Under the pieces are notes generated by a model. That model saw only the letters and a list, made by a program, of their open reading frames with translations, was not told the origin of the DNA and searched no databases. A stretch of DNA of 61,549 nt, filler included, from Desulfobacterales bacterium (lineage in GTDB: Bacteria > Desulfobacterota > Desulfobacteria > Desulfobacterales > Desulfatibacillaceae): assembly GCA_020057225.1 (NCBI GenBank). It is 4 parts of 4 records of this genome, joined end to end, with 100 filler letters (N's around TTAATTAATTAA, not from the genome) between each part and the next. Parts side by side here need not be neighbours in the genome. Positions count along the whole stretch, not along the records: positions 1 to 22,921 come from JAGVGH010000200.1; 3 more parts are not named here. The stretch is one strand, 5' to 3'. Shown here in pieces: positions 1 through 9,973 of this stretch. The translations under genes were made by a program, and so were the position numbers. Position 1 is the stretch's first letter, and the number at the start of each line of letters is the position of its first letter.

Positions 1-135
1 ATGGTTCTGCGCGAAGCGCAGGTTCATCCGACACTATCATGGTCCTTGTGGAATTGATTGTTGGGTGAACCCGCGCGCGAAAGACGCTTTTGCCACAATA
101 TAACTCCTTGGCGCGCGCGGAACCACCCAACCTAC
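1..135. repeat. GTAG-type REP-like palindrome doublet (partial at window start)
   Basis: GTTGGGTGAACCCGCGCGCG...GCGCGCGCGGAACCACCCAACCTAC; 60-135 is a near reverse complement of 19021-19097. Confidence 0.8.
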
Positions 136-273
136 GCATTAAAACTACATTTTTAACTGTTGAAACTTTAGTATTATTTGAAACTTACCAAAGTAGAAGT
201 AAAAAAAACGGACACGTTCCGCATTATTCTAACTCCTAACTCCTAAATTCTCCGATTCGGGAAGCAACGGACC

Positions 274-2472
274 ATGGGCATCACTTGCTTACGCTCCTCG
301 AAACACACGCGGAGGATGGTTGTCCTCCTGCTGCTTCTCCTGTTCGCCAGCCCCGGCACCGGCACGGGCGGCCCGGCCATTCCCGGATACTACGGCCCGG
401 ACGCCGCCCTTCAAGCCCCTGCCGCCACCGCTCTTCCCGCGCTTCTGCCGGGAGGACGGCTCGACAACGCCTTTGTCAACACGCCCCAAAACAATTCCCT
501 TACCGTGGAGCAAAACGCGGACAAGGCTGTCATAGACTGGCAGTCCTTTGACATCGGCCAGGACGCCTCGGTCCATTTTGAACAGCAAAGCTCCTGGTCG
601 GCCCTGAACGTCATCCACGACGCCGACCCAAGCCGTATCTACGGCGGACTCACGGCGGAGGGAACCATCCATCTCATCAACCAGAACGGCATCCTTTTTG
701 GCCCCGGCTCCACAGTCAACGTGCATACCCTTGTGGCGTCCGCCCTTTCCCTGGACGCAAACGACTTTCTTTTGGGCAATCCCGCGTACAAGGCCGTAAG
801 TTACACAGGCCAGGCCCTGGACCCGGACGCCACAGTGGCCAACCACGGGACCATCACCACAGAATCGGGCGGCGGAGTGTTTTTTCTGGCCCCCCGGGTG
901 GAAAACGCGGGAAGCATCACTTCCGAGGCCGGGCAGATCGGTTTGGCCGCGGGAACGGAGATTTCCCTGGCCCAGGACGACAGGGAAGGTTCCAGCCGCA
1001 CCCAGCTTTTGGTCCGGATTTCCAAGGAGCCGGGGCTCGCGGTCAACTACGAGGGGGGGCTTCTTTCCGCGCCGGTGGGCCTTGTTGGAATGTACGGGAA
1101 AACCATCCGCCAGGACGGGATTATCCGCGCGGTGACGGCTGTCAAGAAGGCCGGGAAAATCGAACTGATGGCATCGGACCGCATCACCACCGGCGCTTCC
1201 GGCAGAACCGAAAGCCCTGTTTCCGCCTCCGTTGAGACGGTTCATAAAACATTCGAATTCGAGGGCGGTTCCATCTTCCTGACAGGCTTAAACGATTACG
1301 GCCCATCCCCTTCCTCTCCGGCGCTGGTGATCGGGCACAACGGCTATATCGGCGCGCCTTCCGGGGAAATCACCCTTGCAGGGTCGGAAAGGGTCTGTCT
1401 GGCCGGGACCTCCACCGTGGACGCGAGCGGCGCCTGGGTGGGCAAGGACGCGGTTTCCCTCATGATTACCGCCCAGCTCAACAGTGTGGAGATGCGGGAC
1501 GAGACACTCCAAAAGGGAGGAGTGCTGCAGGGCGCGGCCATCACGTTTCCGGCCCAGAAGGGAAGCGGCATCGGCAACATCTCCGGCTCGCTTTCCTCGG
1601 AGGAGCGTACCGCCCTGGAACAGGCCACCCATGGCGGAACCATCATCCTTGCGGCCACAGACGGCGAAGTGATCGTGCGGGAGGGCGCCCTTCTGGACAT
1701 TTCCGGCGGCGGCATGGCTGTGGAGGGCGGCCATGCCGGCGGCACCCTGCTCGCGTCGGCGGGCAAAGTCTATGACATCTCCTCGGCGCCGGACAATCTG
1801 CGCTATGACCGCATCCTGGGCGCGGAATCAGTGAGCCACGGACGGTTTGGCCTTACCGACACCTACAAGGGGCTTTACACAGGCGGCGCCGCTCCGTTCG
1901 CGGATTACGGCGCAGGCTATGTCCAGGGCGGAGACGCCGGGACGCTCCGGCTTATCGGGCGCTCGGTGGTGCTGGATGGAACGCTCTGGGCGGGCGCCTA
2001 TGCCGGGCTGTACCAGACGCTTCCCGCGGATCCCGAGGATGAAAACGGGTATGCGTCCGGAGCGGGCGCGCGGCGTCCCTCCGGGGGCACCCTGGTTGTG
2101 GGCGACCAGGAGGGAAGAACCCAGACATTTCCGGAATTCACCACGGAAGACATCCGGGTTGTGGCGGAAACGGTTCCGCTTCCCCCGGACTTTGGTCCGG
2201 ACACGGCCATGCCCGCGCTTATGCCGGAAGTGGCGCGGCTTACGGATGTTTCCGGCAACGCGGTTCCCCTGACGTTTTTGTCCGCCGCCGCGCTTTCGGG
2301 ATCGGGTCTTTCCAACATTGACCTGTACGCGAACACCCAAATCACAGTGGCGGAGGACGCGGCGCTCACGCCCGGGCCGGGCAACTGGAGCGGCCTTTGG
2401 AAAACCCTTGCCGGCGAAATGGCGGGCCGTGTGTCGTTAACGGCCCGAAGCGTGAATTACCGGGTGAAATAA
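274..2472 (+). CDS. Filamentous haemagglutinin-family exoprotein, N-terminal part (signal peptide plus haemagglutination/TPS-like domain); frameshifted into the next ORF
   Basis: Hydrophobic signal peptide; AVIDWQSFDIG, INQNGILFG and VENAGSI motifs typical of the haemagglutination activity domain; Gly-rich beta-helix repeats. Confidence 0.85.
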   Translation: MGITCLRSSKHTRRMVVLLLLLLFASPGTGTGGPAIPGYYGPDAALQAPAATALPALLPGGRLDNAFVNTPQNNSLTVEQNADKAVIDWQSFDIGQDASVHFEQQSSWSALNVIHDADPSRIYGGLTAEGTIHLINQNGILFGPGSTVNVHTLVASALSLDANDFLLGNPAYKAVSYTGQALDPDATVANHGTITTESGGGVFFLAPRVENAGSITSEAGQIGLAAGTEISLAQDDREGSSRTQLLVRISKEPGLAVNYEGGLLSAPVGLVGMYGKTIRQDGIIRAVTAVKKAGKIELMASDRITTGASGRTESPVSASVETVHKTFEFEGGSIFLTGLNDYGPSPSSPALVIGHNGYIGAPSGEITLAGSERVCLAGTSTVDASGAWVGKDAVSLMITAQLNSVEMRDETLQKGGVLQGAAITFPAQKGSGIGNISGSLSSEERTALEQATHGGTIILAATDGEVIVREGALLDISGGGMAVEGGHAGGTLLASAGKVYDISSAPDNLRYDRILGAESVSHGRFGLTDTYKGLYTGGAAPFADYGAGYVQGGDAGTLRLIGRSVVLDGTLWAGAYAGLYQTLPADPEDENGYASGAGARRPSGGTLVVGDQEGRTQTFPEFTTEDIRVVAETVPLPPDFGPDTAMPALMPEVARLTDVSGNAVPLTFLSAAALSGSGLSNIDLYANTQITVAEDAALTPGPGNWSGLWKTLAGEMAGRVSLTARSVNYRVK

Positions 2473-5400
2473 GCGTGCCTTCCGGCAGCGTCACCATCAA
2501 CACCCAGGACACGGTGACCACGGACGCGAAGCACGGGAACCAGGACAATCCGCATCAAGTGCTTTTGCCGGAGAGGATAGTTCTGGGTCCCAACGCGGTG
2601 CTGGACGTGTCGGGCGGGACAGCGGACAACGCTCTGGCCGGAAAATTGCCGGGTGTTTCGCTCAAGACAGCCAGCATCAACGGGGGAAGTATCTACATCA
2701 GGGACGGCGCGGACCTGGGAGAGGGGGTTTTTCTGACCGAAGGTTCTGTGCTCGATGTGTCGGGGGGGTGGGAAATCAAGTCCGGCGGCAAGACCTCCGC
2801 GGGCAAAGGCGGCCAGATCGAGATGGCGGGCGCGTCGCTTGTCACGGACGGCGCGTTGTTGGGCCATGGAGCCGGCAATTCCACCGGAGGCAAACTTCTT
2901 CTGCACGCGGACAACGTGACGCTTTTGGCGGGCAACAGCCAGGCGCGGCTGCCTGCGGGGTTTGGCTTTATGGACGCGCTTCCCGCCGGGCTTTTGGGCA
3001 CTCTGGCGCTGGGGGTTGACCGGCTGGACACTGCCGGGTTTTCAAGCATCGGCATTACCAGCGTGTATAATTTGGTTATGGAGACAGGCGCCGTGCTCAG
3101 GCCTTCGCTGTTCCGGCTGGCCGCTCCCTCCACGGGCGCGGGCGAGGGTCTTTCCACCGGATACGCGGATTACGCGGCCAGCCTGGACGGGACCGTCTCC
3201 ACAGGCTCTCCCTATATCCAGGTTCCGTTTCTCAAGGCAGGGTCCACCTCTGTTTCCCTTGCCGCGGGCGAGGACCGGCAGGGATTTGCCACAGTGCTGA
3301 ACGACGAGGCTACGCTCACCCTTGAAAAGGACGCCGGACTTGTTGCGGCGCCGGGCGGCAAGGCGACGGTCAAGGCTCCGGAGGTGGTGGTCGCGGGAGA
3401 GGTTTTGGCCCTGGCCGGACCAGTGGATATCAAGGCAAGCCTCAAGGACCTGTGGCTCAAGGACGGCGCGCGGATATCCGCCGCGGGGGTTCTCATTCCC
3501 AACGCAACCCCGGCCGGGACGGGGCTTCCCGCAGGATTCACCGCAAAGGACGCGGGCGCCGTCCTTCTGGCCGCCACGTCAGGCAAGGTCCGTCTGGACC
3601 AGGGGGCAACGGTGGACGTGTCCGGAACCGCGGCGGATGTCAACTGGCTTAAAAACCCGGGGGGCGAACCGGTGGCCGTGGCTGTGGCGGGCGCGCCCGG
3701 CACGGTTTCCATAAGCTCCCTGGGCGCGCCGGATCTGTTGGGGGAACTGTGGGCAAAGGGCTTGCCCGGACTTCCCGGAGGCGCGTTCACCCTTGCCCGG
3801 ACCAGCCTCGCCGAATCCCTTGAGGTGAACGGGGACTTTGTCGCCGGGCTGGCTCAAAGCGGGTTTGATTCCATAACCCTGCGCTCGGACTATGGGCTGT
3901 CCTTTATGGATTCCATCGCCCAGACATTTTCCCGGAGCGTCACCCTGGACGCCCCCCGTATCACAGCGGCCCAGGGCGCGGCTGTGTCCCTCGCCTCCCC
4001 CTGGACAACCCTGGCCAATACATCCCGGTACGTCCAGACAGGGCGGCAATCCCTTGCCGGAGACGCGGTTCTTTCCCTGTCCGGAGGTTTTTTGGATGTG
4101 ACAGGCAGTGTGGCGCTTTCCGGGTTTTCAGAGGTTTCCCTTTTCGCGGACAAGGACGCGCGCCTCACCGAGCGGCAGTACCGTCAGCTTTCAGGCTCCG
4201 CAATGGACTGGGACGGCCTGCTCAAGGCGCCCGGGAAAATCACCCTGACAGCGGCGCGGATTTATCCAACAACGCTTTCCAGTTTCACCGTGAGCGCGGG
4301 GGATACTGTCCGGTTCGCCGGTTCCGAAGGGGAAACCTCGGGACCCATTGTGTCCGCGGGCGGAAATCTGTTGGTCGAGGCGCCCGGCATTCTCCACGAA
4401 GGTTTTCTTGCCGCGCCCATGGGCAGGCTGGAACTCAAGGCCGAAGGTGGAAGGGTGTATCTCGCGGCGGGAAGCGTTCTTTCCGTGGCCGGGTCTTCCT
4501 CTGTGCCCTACGGCTCCCTGGAGGAGGTGTATTGGACTGTTTTGGACCATTCCTCGGCCACCCAGGGCGCGACGCTCTCTGTGGACCAGGCGCCCCAGGC
4601 GTCCATCACCCTTTCCGGCGCCGAAGTCATTGTCCGGGAAGACGCCCTCCTGGACGGCTCCGGCGGAGGCTCGGTGTTCGCCACGCAGTTTGTGCCGGGC
4701 ACCAAGGGCACAGTGGACCCCTTGACCAAAGAGGGCCGGTACGTCCTCATTCCGGACGGCTCCGTGGTCCTGCCGGGAGCGGCCATTCACATCACAGGCG
4801 GGAACTGTCTGCCTGCCGGAACCTATTCCATTTTGCCCGCCGGGCACGCTTTTCTTCCCGGCGCCGTGGTTGTCGAGGATCTGGGCGCCCGGACATCCCT
4901 GGACACAGGGGCTGTCACTTCCGAGGGATATCCTGTGGCGCTGGGCTGCCTGACCGAAACCGGCACGGGTCTGCACGGACTTACCCCCCGGCTGTTCGCC
5001 GTGAGGACAGCGGCAGGCGCGCTCGCCCAAGGGGATTTCAACACAGCGGAGTTTACGGCGGGCAACGGCGCGGCGATAAATTTGGGCGGCGGAACCACGG
5101 TGATGAACGGAACCGTGGCGGGCAGGGCGCAGGAAGGTTTCACCGGAGCGATGCTCACCCTTTCGGGCGCGGATATCGAGCTTGGGACAGAGGAGGCCGC
5201 GCTTCCGGAGGGGTTCGGGTTTGAAACAGCGGTTCCGCCGGGTCTTCAGGGCAAACTTTTGGTGTCGGCGGAAGGGCTCACCGGGCTTGGCCTGGGCGGG
5301 GTGGCCCTGGGGGCATCGGGGACGGCCACGGTCCTTGTCAAGGAAAACACCCGGCTGTCCGCGCCGCTTCTGACGTTGTTCGCGGGCGGTTCCATCACCC

Positions 5401-8400
5401 TTTTGGAAGGCGCCCTGCTTTCGGCCCCTGGGGAAGGGGGCGTTGTCAGCCTGCTTGCCCCGGGCGGAACCATTAGCGTGGCGGAAGGAGCCGCGGTGCA
5501 GGCCGGGGACTCGGTGGTGCTGGACGCGGACAACGTGGACTTTGCCGGAGACCTGCGCGTGGAGCACAGCGGCCTTTCCCTGGCGAGCGCTGTCATCCAC
5601 GTGGTGCCGGAAGGCTGGGACGGCCAGCGCGGTGACGGGCTTTATCTGACCCAGGCCCTGTGGGAAACCTTTTTAAATTTTGGCGACATCACCCTTTTGG
5701 GAAGAGAGGGCATCCTGTTTTACGGGAATGTGTCTCTGGACGGGGGAGAAAACCTCACCCTGGACACGCCGGTTGTCGCCGGGGTGGAATACGCGGGGGG
5801 AAGCACGGTTCTTCTCAAGGCGGACGAGGTTGTCTGGGGCAACACCGGAGCCGCGCCCGGGGCGACGCTGTTGGCGGACACCGGGATTCTCCGGGTCGAG
5901 GGGGAAACCATCCGCCTGTCCGGCGGGCAGACCCGGGCGGACGGTTTTTCGGAAATTACTTTCGCAAGCTCCGGGGAAATCGTGCTGGAAGGCCGGGGCG
6001 GGTTTGGGGCGGAAGGAAACATCACGCTCGCGGCGGCGCGGGTGGCCGTTGGGGCGCGGGAAACGGGAGGCGGCCTCGAAAGCGCGGATTATACCGTGGA
6101 CGCGGGTGTCCATTTGCTTCATGTGCTGCCGAACGGCCAATCCCTTCAGGAAGAGGTATTGCCCGCGGGAAACATGGCGCTTTCGGGCGGCATGGTGGAG
6201 GTGCTGGGCACCCTGTGCGCCCCGGGCGGAACCCTCCGCCTGGAGGGGGAAAACGGGGTGACCGTGGGCGGGGGAGGCGTGCTGGACGCCTCCGGAGACC
6301 AGGACACCGCCGGAGGGGACGTGGAGCTTGTTTCGGCCCGGGGCGCGGTCACCCTGGCCCAAGGCTCCCGGGTGGACGTGTCTGCGGGCGGCAACGGCGA
6401 GGCGGGTTCCCTTTTCATCGAGGCTGTAATCCAGGGGGCTGTTTTGCCGGGGGAAATCCTGGGCCACGGGGAAGCGTCGGGCGGAGAGTTCTCCCTGCAC
6501 ACGCTTCGCGCGGACGATGTGGCGGCCCTTGCGGTACTTGCCGCCACGGGCGGCTTTGACCGGGCTTTCCATCTTCAGGCCGCCCTGGGAGACTTGGTCC
6601 TTGGCCAGGGCGCTCTTCTTGCCGCCAAGGACATACGGCTTGTGGCCGACTCCGGGAATATCAGCTTAGGAGGAACCCTGGACGCCTCCGGTGACGCGGC
6701 GGGGCAGGTCGGGCTTTGGGCCATGGGCGATATCACCCTGGCGGACGGCTCCATGATTCTGGCCAACGCGGGAGGAGCCGGAGAGGACGGCGGAGACATT
6801 GTCATCGGCTCGGAAAACGGGACTGTCGTCCTGCAAAACGGCGCGTCAGCCGATGTCGCGGCGGGCCAGGGCGGAGAAGGGGGCGTTGTTCATTTCCGGG
6901 CGCTCCGGACACCGTCCGGGGTCAACATGTCCCTTGCGGGCGCGGTCACCGGGGCTTCCCGGGTGGAGGCCGAGGCCGTGGCGGTTGTCAACGACACCAC
7001 CATAACCGCCTCGGACATCACTTCGCTCTACAACCCGGCCAATTCCTACATTAGCGCAAACAAGGCGGCGATTCTCGCCGCCAATCCCCTTGCCTCCTCA
7101 TCGCCTTTCCATCTTCTCGCGGGCATCGAGGTCCGGAGCACCGGAGACCTCACCCTGGGGACGGACTGGAAAAACGGGGCGAACGATCTCACCAAATGGC
7201 GCTTTGGCGGAGAGCCGGGCGTGCTTACCCTGCGCGCCGCGGGCAATCTGACGCTTTCCGGGAGCATCGCCGACCACGAGACGAGCATGCCCGCGCCTGG
7301 AAAAACCGTGACCCCCTCGTGGGGTGTCAATCTCGCGGCGGGCGCGGACCTCGCCTCGCCCTGGCTCATGGCTGTCCGGGAAGGGCAGGGGGATTTGAGC
7401 CTTGCCGCAAACAAGACAGTTTATACCCAAAACGCGCCGCTATGGTTCGCCTCGGGCCGGGACACCGTGCTCAACAAGGGGGCGAAAACCGGCTACGTGT
7501 TCAACACCAACATCAGCGAAAGCATCGCCACCTACCATGGAGACATCGAGGGCCGCACAGGCCGGGATGTGCTGCTCAAGGGCGGCGCGGTCCAGTCCTC
7601 CACCGGAGATATCGGCATCACCGTCGGCAGGAACCTTTCCCTGGATTTCACCCAGGACAGCGCGGCTATCCGGACAACGGGGGAGGTTCCCTTGTACCTG
7701 GGCTTCATTCCCGCGTACTGGAGCGCCGTGGGAGGCGGGGACATCCGCCTTGACGTGGCCGGGAACGTGGCCGGGAGCCTAAGCTGGTACGCGTGGGATG
7801 ATGTGGTCCGGGCGTATGACGCCCAGGGGAACACCTATTCCGCCTGGGGTCCCAGCTATGATTACGAGTACCGGAAAAACAATCCCCTGGCGGGCATCGC
7901 GGCCATGGGGGGCGGGGACCTTCATGTGGAAACCGGGGGGGATTTCGCCTGCCAGGCCGGGACGTTTGGAGTGGGAGACCTTTCCATCTATTCCCATGGA
8001 AACCTGGACGGAAGGTTTGTGGTGAAATCCGGAGAGGGGGCGCTCACGGCCCTGGGAAACTTCGGCTCCAAATGGGCGGACCAAAGCATTGGTCTCTTTG
8101 ACGCCCGGTTTTCCCTTACCGCCATGGGAGACATTCAGCTTGGCACGCTGCACAACCCGTCCATCACGCATCTTGAGCTTTTAGGCCAGTGGAACCTTGG
8201 TTACACGGAGGATACCTCGGCGTCCCTTGTTTCCCGGCGGGGAGACGTGACCATCACAGGGAAAAACGGCGATTTGGCATATCTGGGGGATGAGGGAAAC
8301 CGGGCGCGGGTGCTGCCGCCCACAGTGTCTGTTACGGCGGCGGGGAACATCCGCCTTTTGGCAAGCCTTGCGCTTGCTCCGGCCAGTCATGGCAATCTTG

Positions 8401-9905
8401 TGCTTGTTGCCGGCGGGGACATTGACGGAGCGATCAACGCTTATGAAAACGCGGCAATCCTTATGCCGGACCTTGATCCGGACGACATTCTGGGCAGCCA
8501 CGGACGGGACGTGAACCAGAGAACCCTCTTCTCGGGCGCGAAAACAAGCCACGCGGACACGCCGGTTCACGCCGGGGACGGGGAGCCGGTTTCCATTTCC
8601 GCCGGGGGGGATGTTGAGAATCTCCAGATTTTTGCTCCCAAGGCGGTTGAAATCCGCGCGGGCCTGGATGTGAAAAATATTTACCTTTTTGTCCAAAACC
8701 TGGACGCGGCGGACATAAGTCTAGTGAGCGCGGGCCGGGATGTTCTTTTCAGCTCCCGCAAGGACGACAGGTACGACACGGGAATCGAACTGGGCGGTCC
8801 TGGAACCCTTGCCGTGCTGGCGGACGGGGGAATGGATTTGGGAACCAGCCGGGGAGTGCAGACCGTGGGCAACAATTACAACACGGGGCTTGGCCAGGAG
8901 GGCGCCTCCATTGTTCTGGCCTCGGGGTACGACACGGGTCTGGATGTGGCGGGCGTGGACGTTTTTTACGATGCGTTGCGCGCGGCGGGAGTGGTGTACA
9001 GCACCCTGTTGGCCAAGGGGGAAAAGGCGGCGGCCCTGGCGGAAGCGGCAAGGGCGCGGGCGGAAATCACCGCGCCGTTTCTGGGAGCGCCTGTCGGGAC
9101 GGGCAACGTGGATATAGTCCGCAGCCAGATAACCACCAACAGCGGGGGGGATATTACGATTCTCGCGGCCGGCGACCTGAATGTTGGGCTTACGGCCATT
9201 GGGGACGCCGGTGAGCCGGGAGAGGCGCAGTCCTCGGGGATCAACACCCAGGCGGGCGGCGGGATTAACATTTACACATCAGGGGATGTGAATGTGAACG
9301 AGGCCCGGGTCATGACCTGGCTGGGCGGGGACATCTCCATCTGGACCGACAAGGGCGACATCAACGCGGGCCGGGGCGCCAAGACAGCGGTCAACGCGGG
9401 GAAACCCCGAAGGGTGAACAAGGGGACCGCGGAAAATCCGGTGTGGGTGGTGGAGAGAAGCCCGGCGGCGGTGGGCAGCGGACTGAGGACCATGACGTAT
9501 GACCCGGACGGTCTGGAAGGGCCTTCTGTGGCGCCGGAGCCGGGCGACATGTATTTGTTCGCGTCCGAGGGTTTGATTGACGCGGGCGAGGCGGGGATTT
9601 CGGGCAAGCGGATCATCCTTGGCGCGACGGCTGTTGTGAACGCCCAGAACATCAGTTTTTCGCAGGGGTCTGTGGGCGTGCCCTCCCAGGGGGGCGGCGC
9701 CATAAACATGGGCGCGCTCACAGGCGCGGGAAATCTGGCGGAAACCGCCAAGGCCGGAGAGACCGCGGCGGCGGGCGCGGGGAAAGGACAGAACGCCAGG
9801 GAGATGGAAAAAGAAGCGGACTCCTTCCTTCCCCGATGGCTGGATGTCAAGGTCACCGGGTACGTGGAGGAGGAGCAGGACAAGGACAAGGCGTCCGGGG
9901 AGTGA
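2397..9905 (+). CDS. Filamentous haemagglutinin-family exoprotein, main body with C-terminal DUF3739-like domain (true coding from about 2457)
   Basis: 2500 aa of LDVSGG/GGxIxL beta-helical repeats; C-terminus GDINAGRGAKT...GSG...GLIDAGEAGI...VNAQNI as seen in DUF3739 FHA proteins. Confidence 0.85.
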   Translation: MENPCRRNGGPCVVNGPKRELPGEISVPSGSVTINTQDTVTTDAKHGNQDNPHQVLLPERIVLGPNAVLDVSGGTADNALAGKLPGVSLKTASINGGSIYIRDGADLGEGVFLTEGSVLDVSGGWEIKSGGKTSAGKGGQIEMAGASLVTDGALLGHGAGNSTGGKLLLHADNVTLLAGNSQARLPAGFGFMDALPAGLLGTLALGVDRLDTAGFSSIGITSVYNLVMETGAVLRPSLFRLAAPSTGAGEGLSTGYADYAASLDGTVSTGSPYIQVPFLKAGSTSVSLAAGEDRQGFATVLNDEATLTLEKDAGLVAAPGGKATVKAPEVVVAGEVLALAGPVDIKASLKDLWLKDGARISAAGVLIPNATPAGTGLPAGFTAKDAGAVLLAATSGKVRLDQGATVDVSGTAADVNWLKNPGGEPVAVAVAGAPGTVSISSLGAPDLLGELWAKGLPGLPGGAFTLARTSLAESLEVNGDFVAGLAQSGFDSITLRSDYGLSFMDSIAQTFSRSVTLDAPRITAAQGAAVSLASPWTTLANTSRYVQTGRQSLAGDAVLSLSGGFLDVTGSVALSGFSEVSLFADKDARLTERQYRQLSGSAMDWDGLLKAPGKITLTAARIYPTTLSSFTVSAGDTVRFAGSEGETSGPIVSAGGNLLVEAPGILHEGFLAAPMGRLELKAEGGRVYLAAGSVLSVAGSSSVPYGSLEEVYWTVLDHSSATQGATLSVDQAPQASITLSGAEVIVREDALLDGSGGGSVFATQFVPGTKGTVDPLTKEGRYVLIPDGSVVLPGAAIHITGGNCLPAGTYSILPAGHAFLPGAVVVEDLGARTSLDTGAVTSEGYPVALGCLTETGTGLHGLTPRLFAVRTAAGALAQGDFNTAEFTAGNGAAINLGGGTTVMNGTVAGRAQEGFTGAMLTLSGADIELGTEEAALPEGFGFETAVPPGLQGKLLVSAEGLTGLGLGGVALGASGTATVLVKENTRLSAPLLTLFAGGSITLLEGALLSAPGEGGVVSLLAPGGTISVAEGAAVQAGDSVVLDADNVDFAGDLRVEHSGLSLASAVIHVVPEGWDGQRGDGLYLTQALWETFLNFGDITLLGREGILFYGNVSLDGGENLTLDTPVVAGVEYAGGSTVLLKADEVVWGNTGAAPGATLLADTGILRVEGETIRLSGGQTRADGFSEITFASSGEIVLEGRGGFGAEGNITLAAARVAVGARETGGGLESADYTVDAGVHLLHVLPNGQSLQEEVLPAGNMALSGGMVEVLGTLCAPGGTLRLEGENGVTVGGGGVLDASGDQDTAGGDVELVSARGAVTLAQGSRVDVSAGGNGEAGSLFIEAVIQGAVLPGEILGHGEASGGEFSLHTLRADDVAALAVLAATGGFDRAFHLQAALGDLVLGQGALLAAKDIRLVADSGNISLGGTLDASGDAAGQVGLWAMGDITLADGSMILANAGGAGEDGGDIVIGSENGTVVLQNGASADVAAGQGGEGGVVHFRALRTPSGVNMSLAGAVTGASRVEAEAVAVVNDTTITASDITSLYNPANSYISANKAAILAANPLASSSPFHLLAGIEVRSTGDLTLGTDWKNGANDLTKWRFGGEPGVLTLRAAGNLTLSGSIADHETSMPAPGKTVTPSWGVNLAAGADLASPWLMAVREGQGDLSLAANKTVYTQNAPLWFASGRDTVLNKGAKTGYVFNTNISESIATYHGDIEGRTGRDVLLKGGAVQSSTGDIGITVGRNLSLDFTQDSAAIRTTGEVPLYLGFIPAYWSAVGGGDIRLDVAGNVAGSLSWYAWDDVVRAYDAQGNTYSAWGPSYDYEYRKNNPLAGIAAMGGGDLHVETGGDFACQAGTFGVGDLSIYSHGNLDGRFVVKSGEGALTALGNFGSKWADQSIGLFDARFSLTAMGDIQLGTLHNPSITHLELLGQWNLGYTEDTSASLVSRRGDVTITGKNGDLAYLGDEGNRARVLPPTVSVTAAGNIRLLASLALAPASHGNLVLVAGGDIDGAINAYENAAILMPDLDPDDILGSHGRDVNQRTLFSGAKTSHADTPVHAGDGEPVSISAGGDVENLQIFAPKAVEIRAGLDVKNIYLFVQNLDAADISLVSAGRDVLFSSRKDDRYDTGIELGGPGTLAVLADGGMDLGTSRGVQTVGNNYNTGLGQEGASIVLASGYDTGLDVAGVDVFYDALRAAGVVYSTLLAKGEKAAALAEAARARAEITAPFLGAPVGTGNVDIVRSQITTNSGGDITILAAGDLNVGLTAIGDAGEPGEAQSSGINTQAGGGINIYTSGDVNVNEARVMTWLGGDISIWTDKGDINAGRGAKTAVNAGKPRRVNKGTAENPVWVVERSPAAVGSGLRTMTYDPDGLEGPSVAPEPGDMYLFASEGLIDAGEAGISGKRIILGATAVVNAQNISFSQGSVGVPSQGGGAINMGALTGAGNLAETAKAGETAAAGAGKGQNAREMEKEADSFLPRWLDVKVTGYVEEEQDKDKASGE

Positions 9906-9973
9906 CATGGCCGTCCTGGCGGCCAAAGGGAACACCAACCTGTATGTGCACTGTGAAAACGAGGCGGACTGTC

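Noticed and set aside
2440..2475. Programmed -1 ribosomal frameshift in the FHA gene
   Set aside because: No X XXY YYZ slippery site or obvious stimulatory structure; an indel is simpler.
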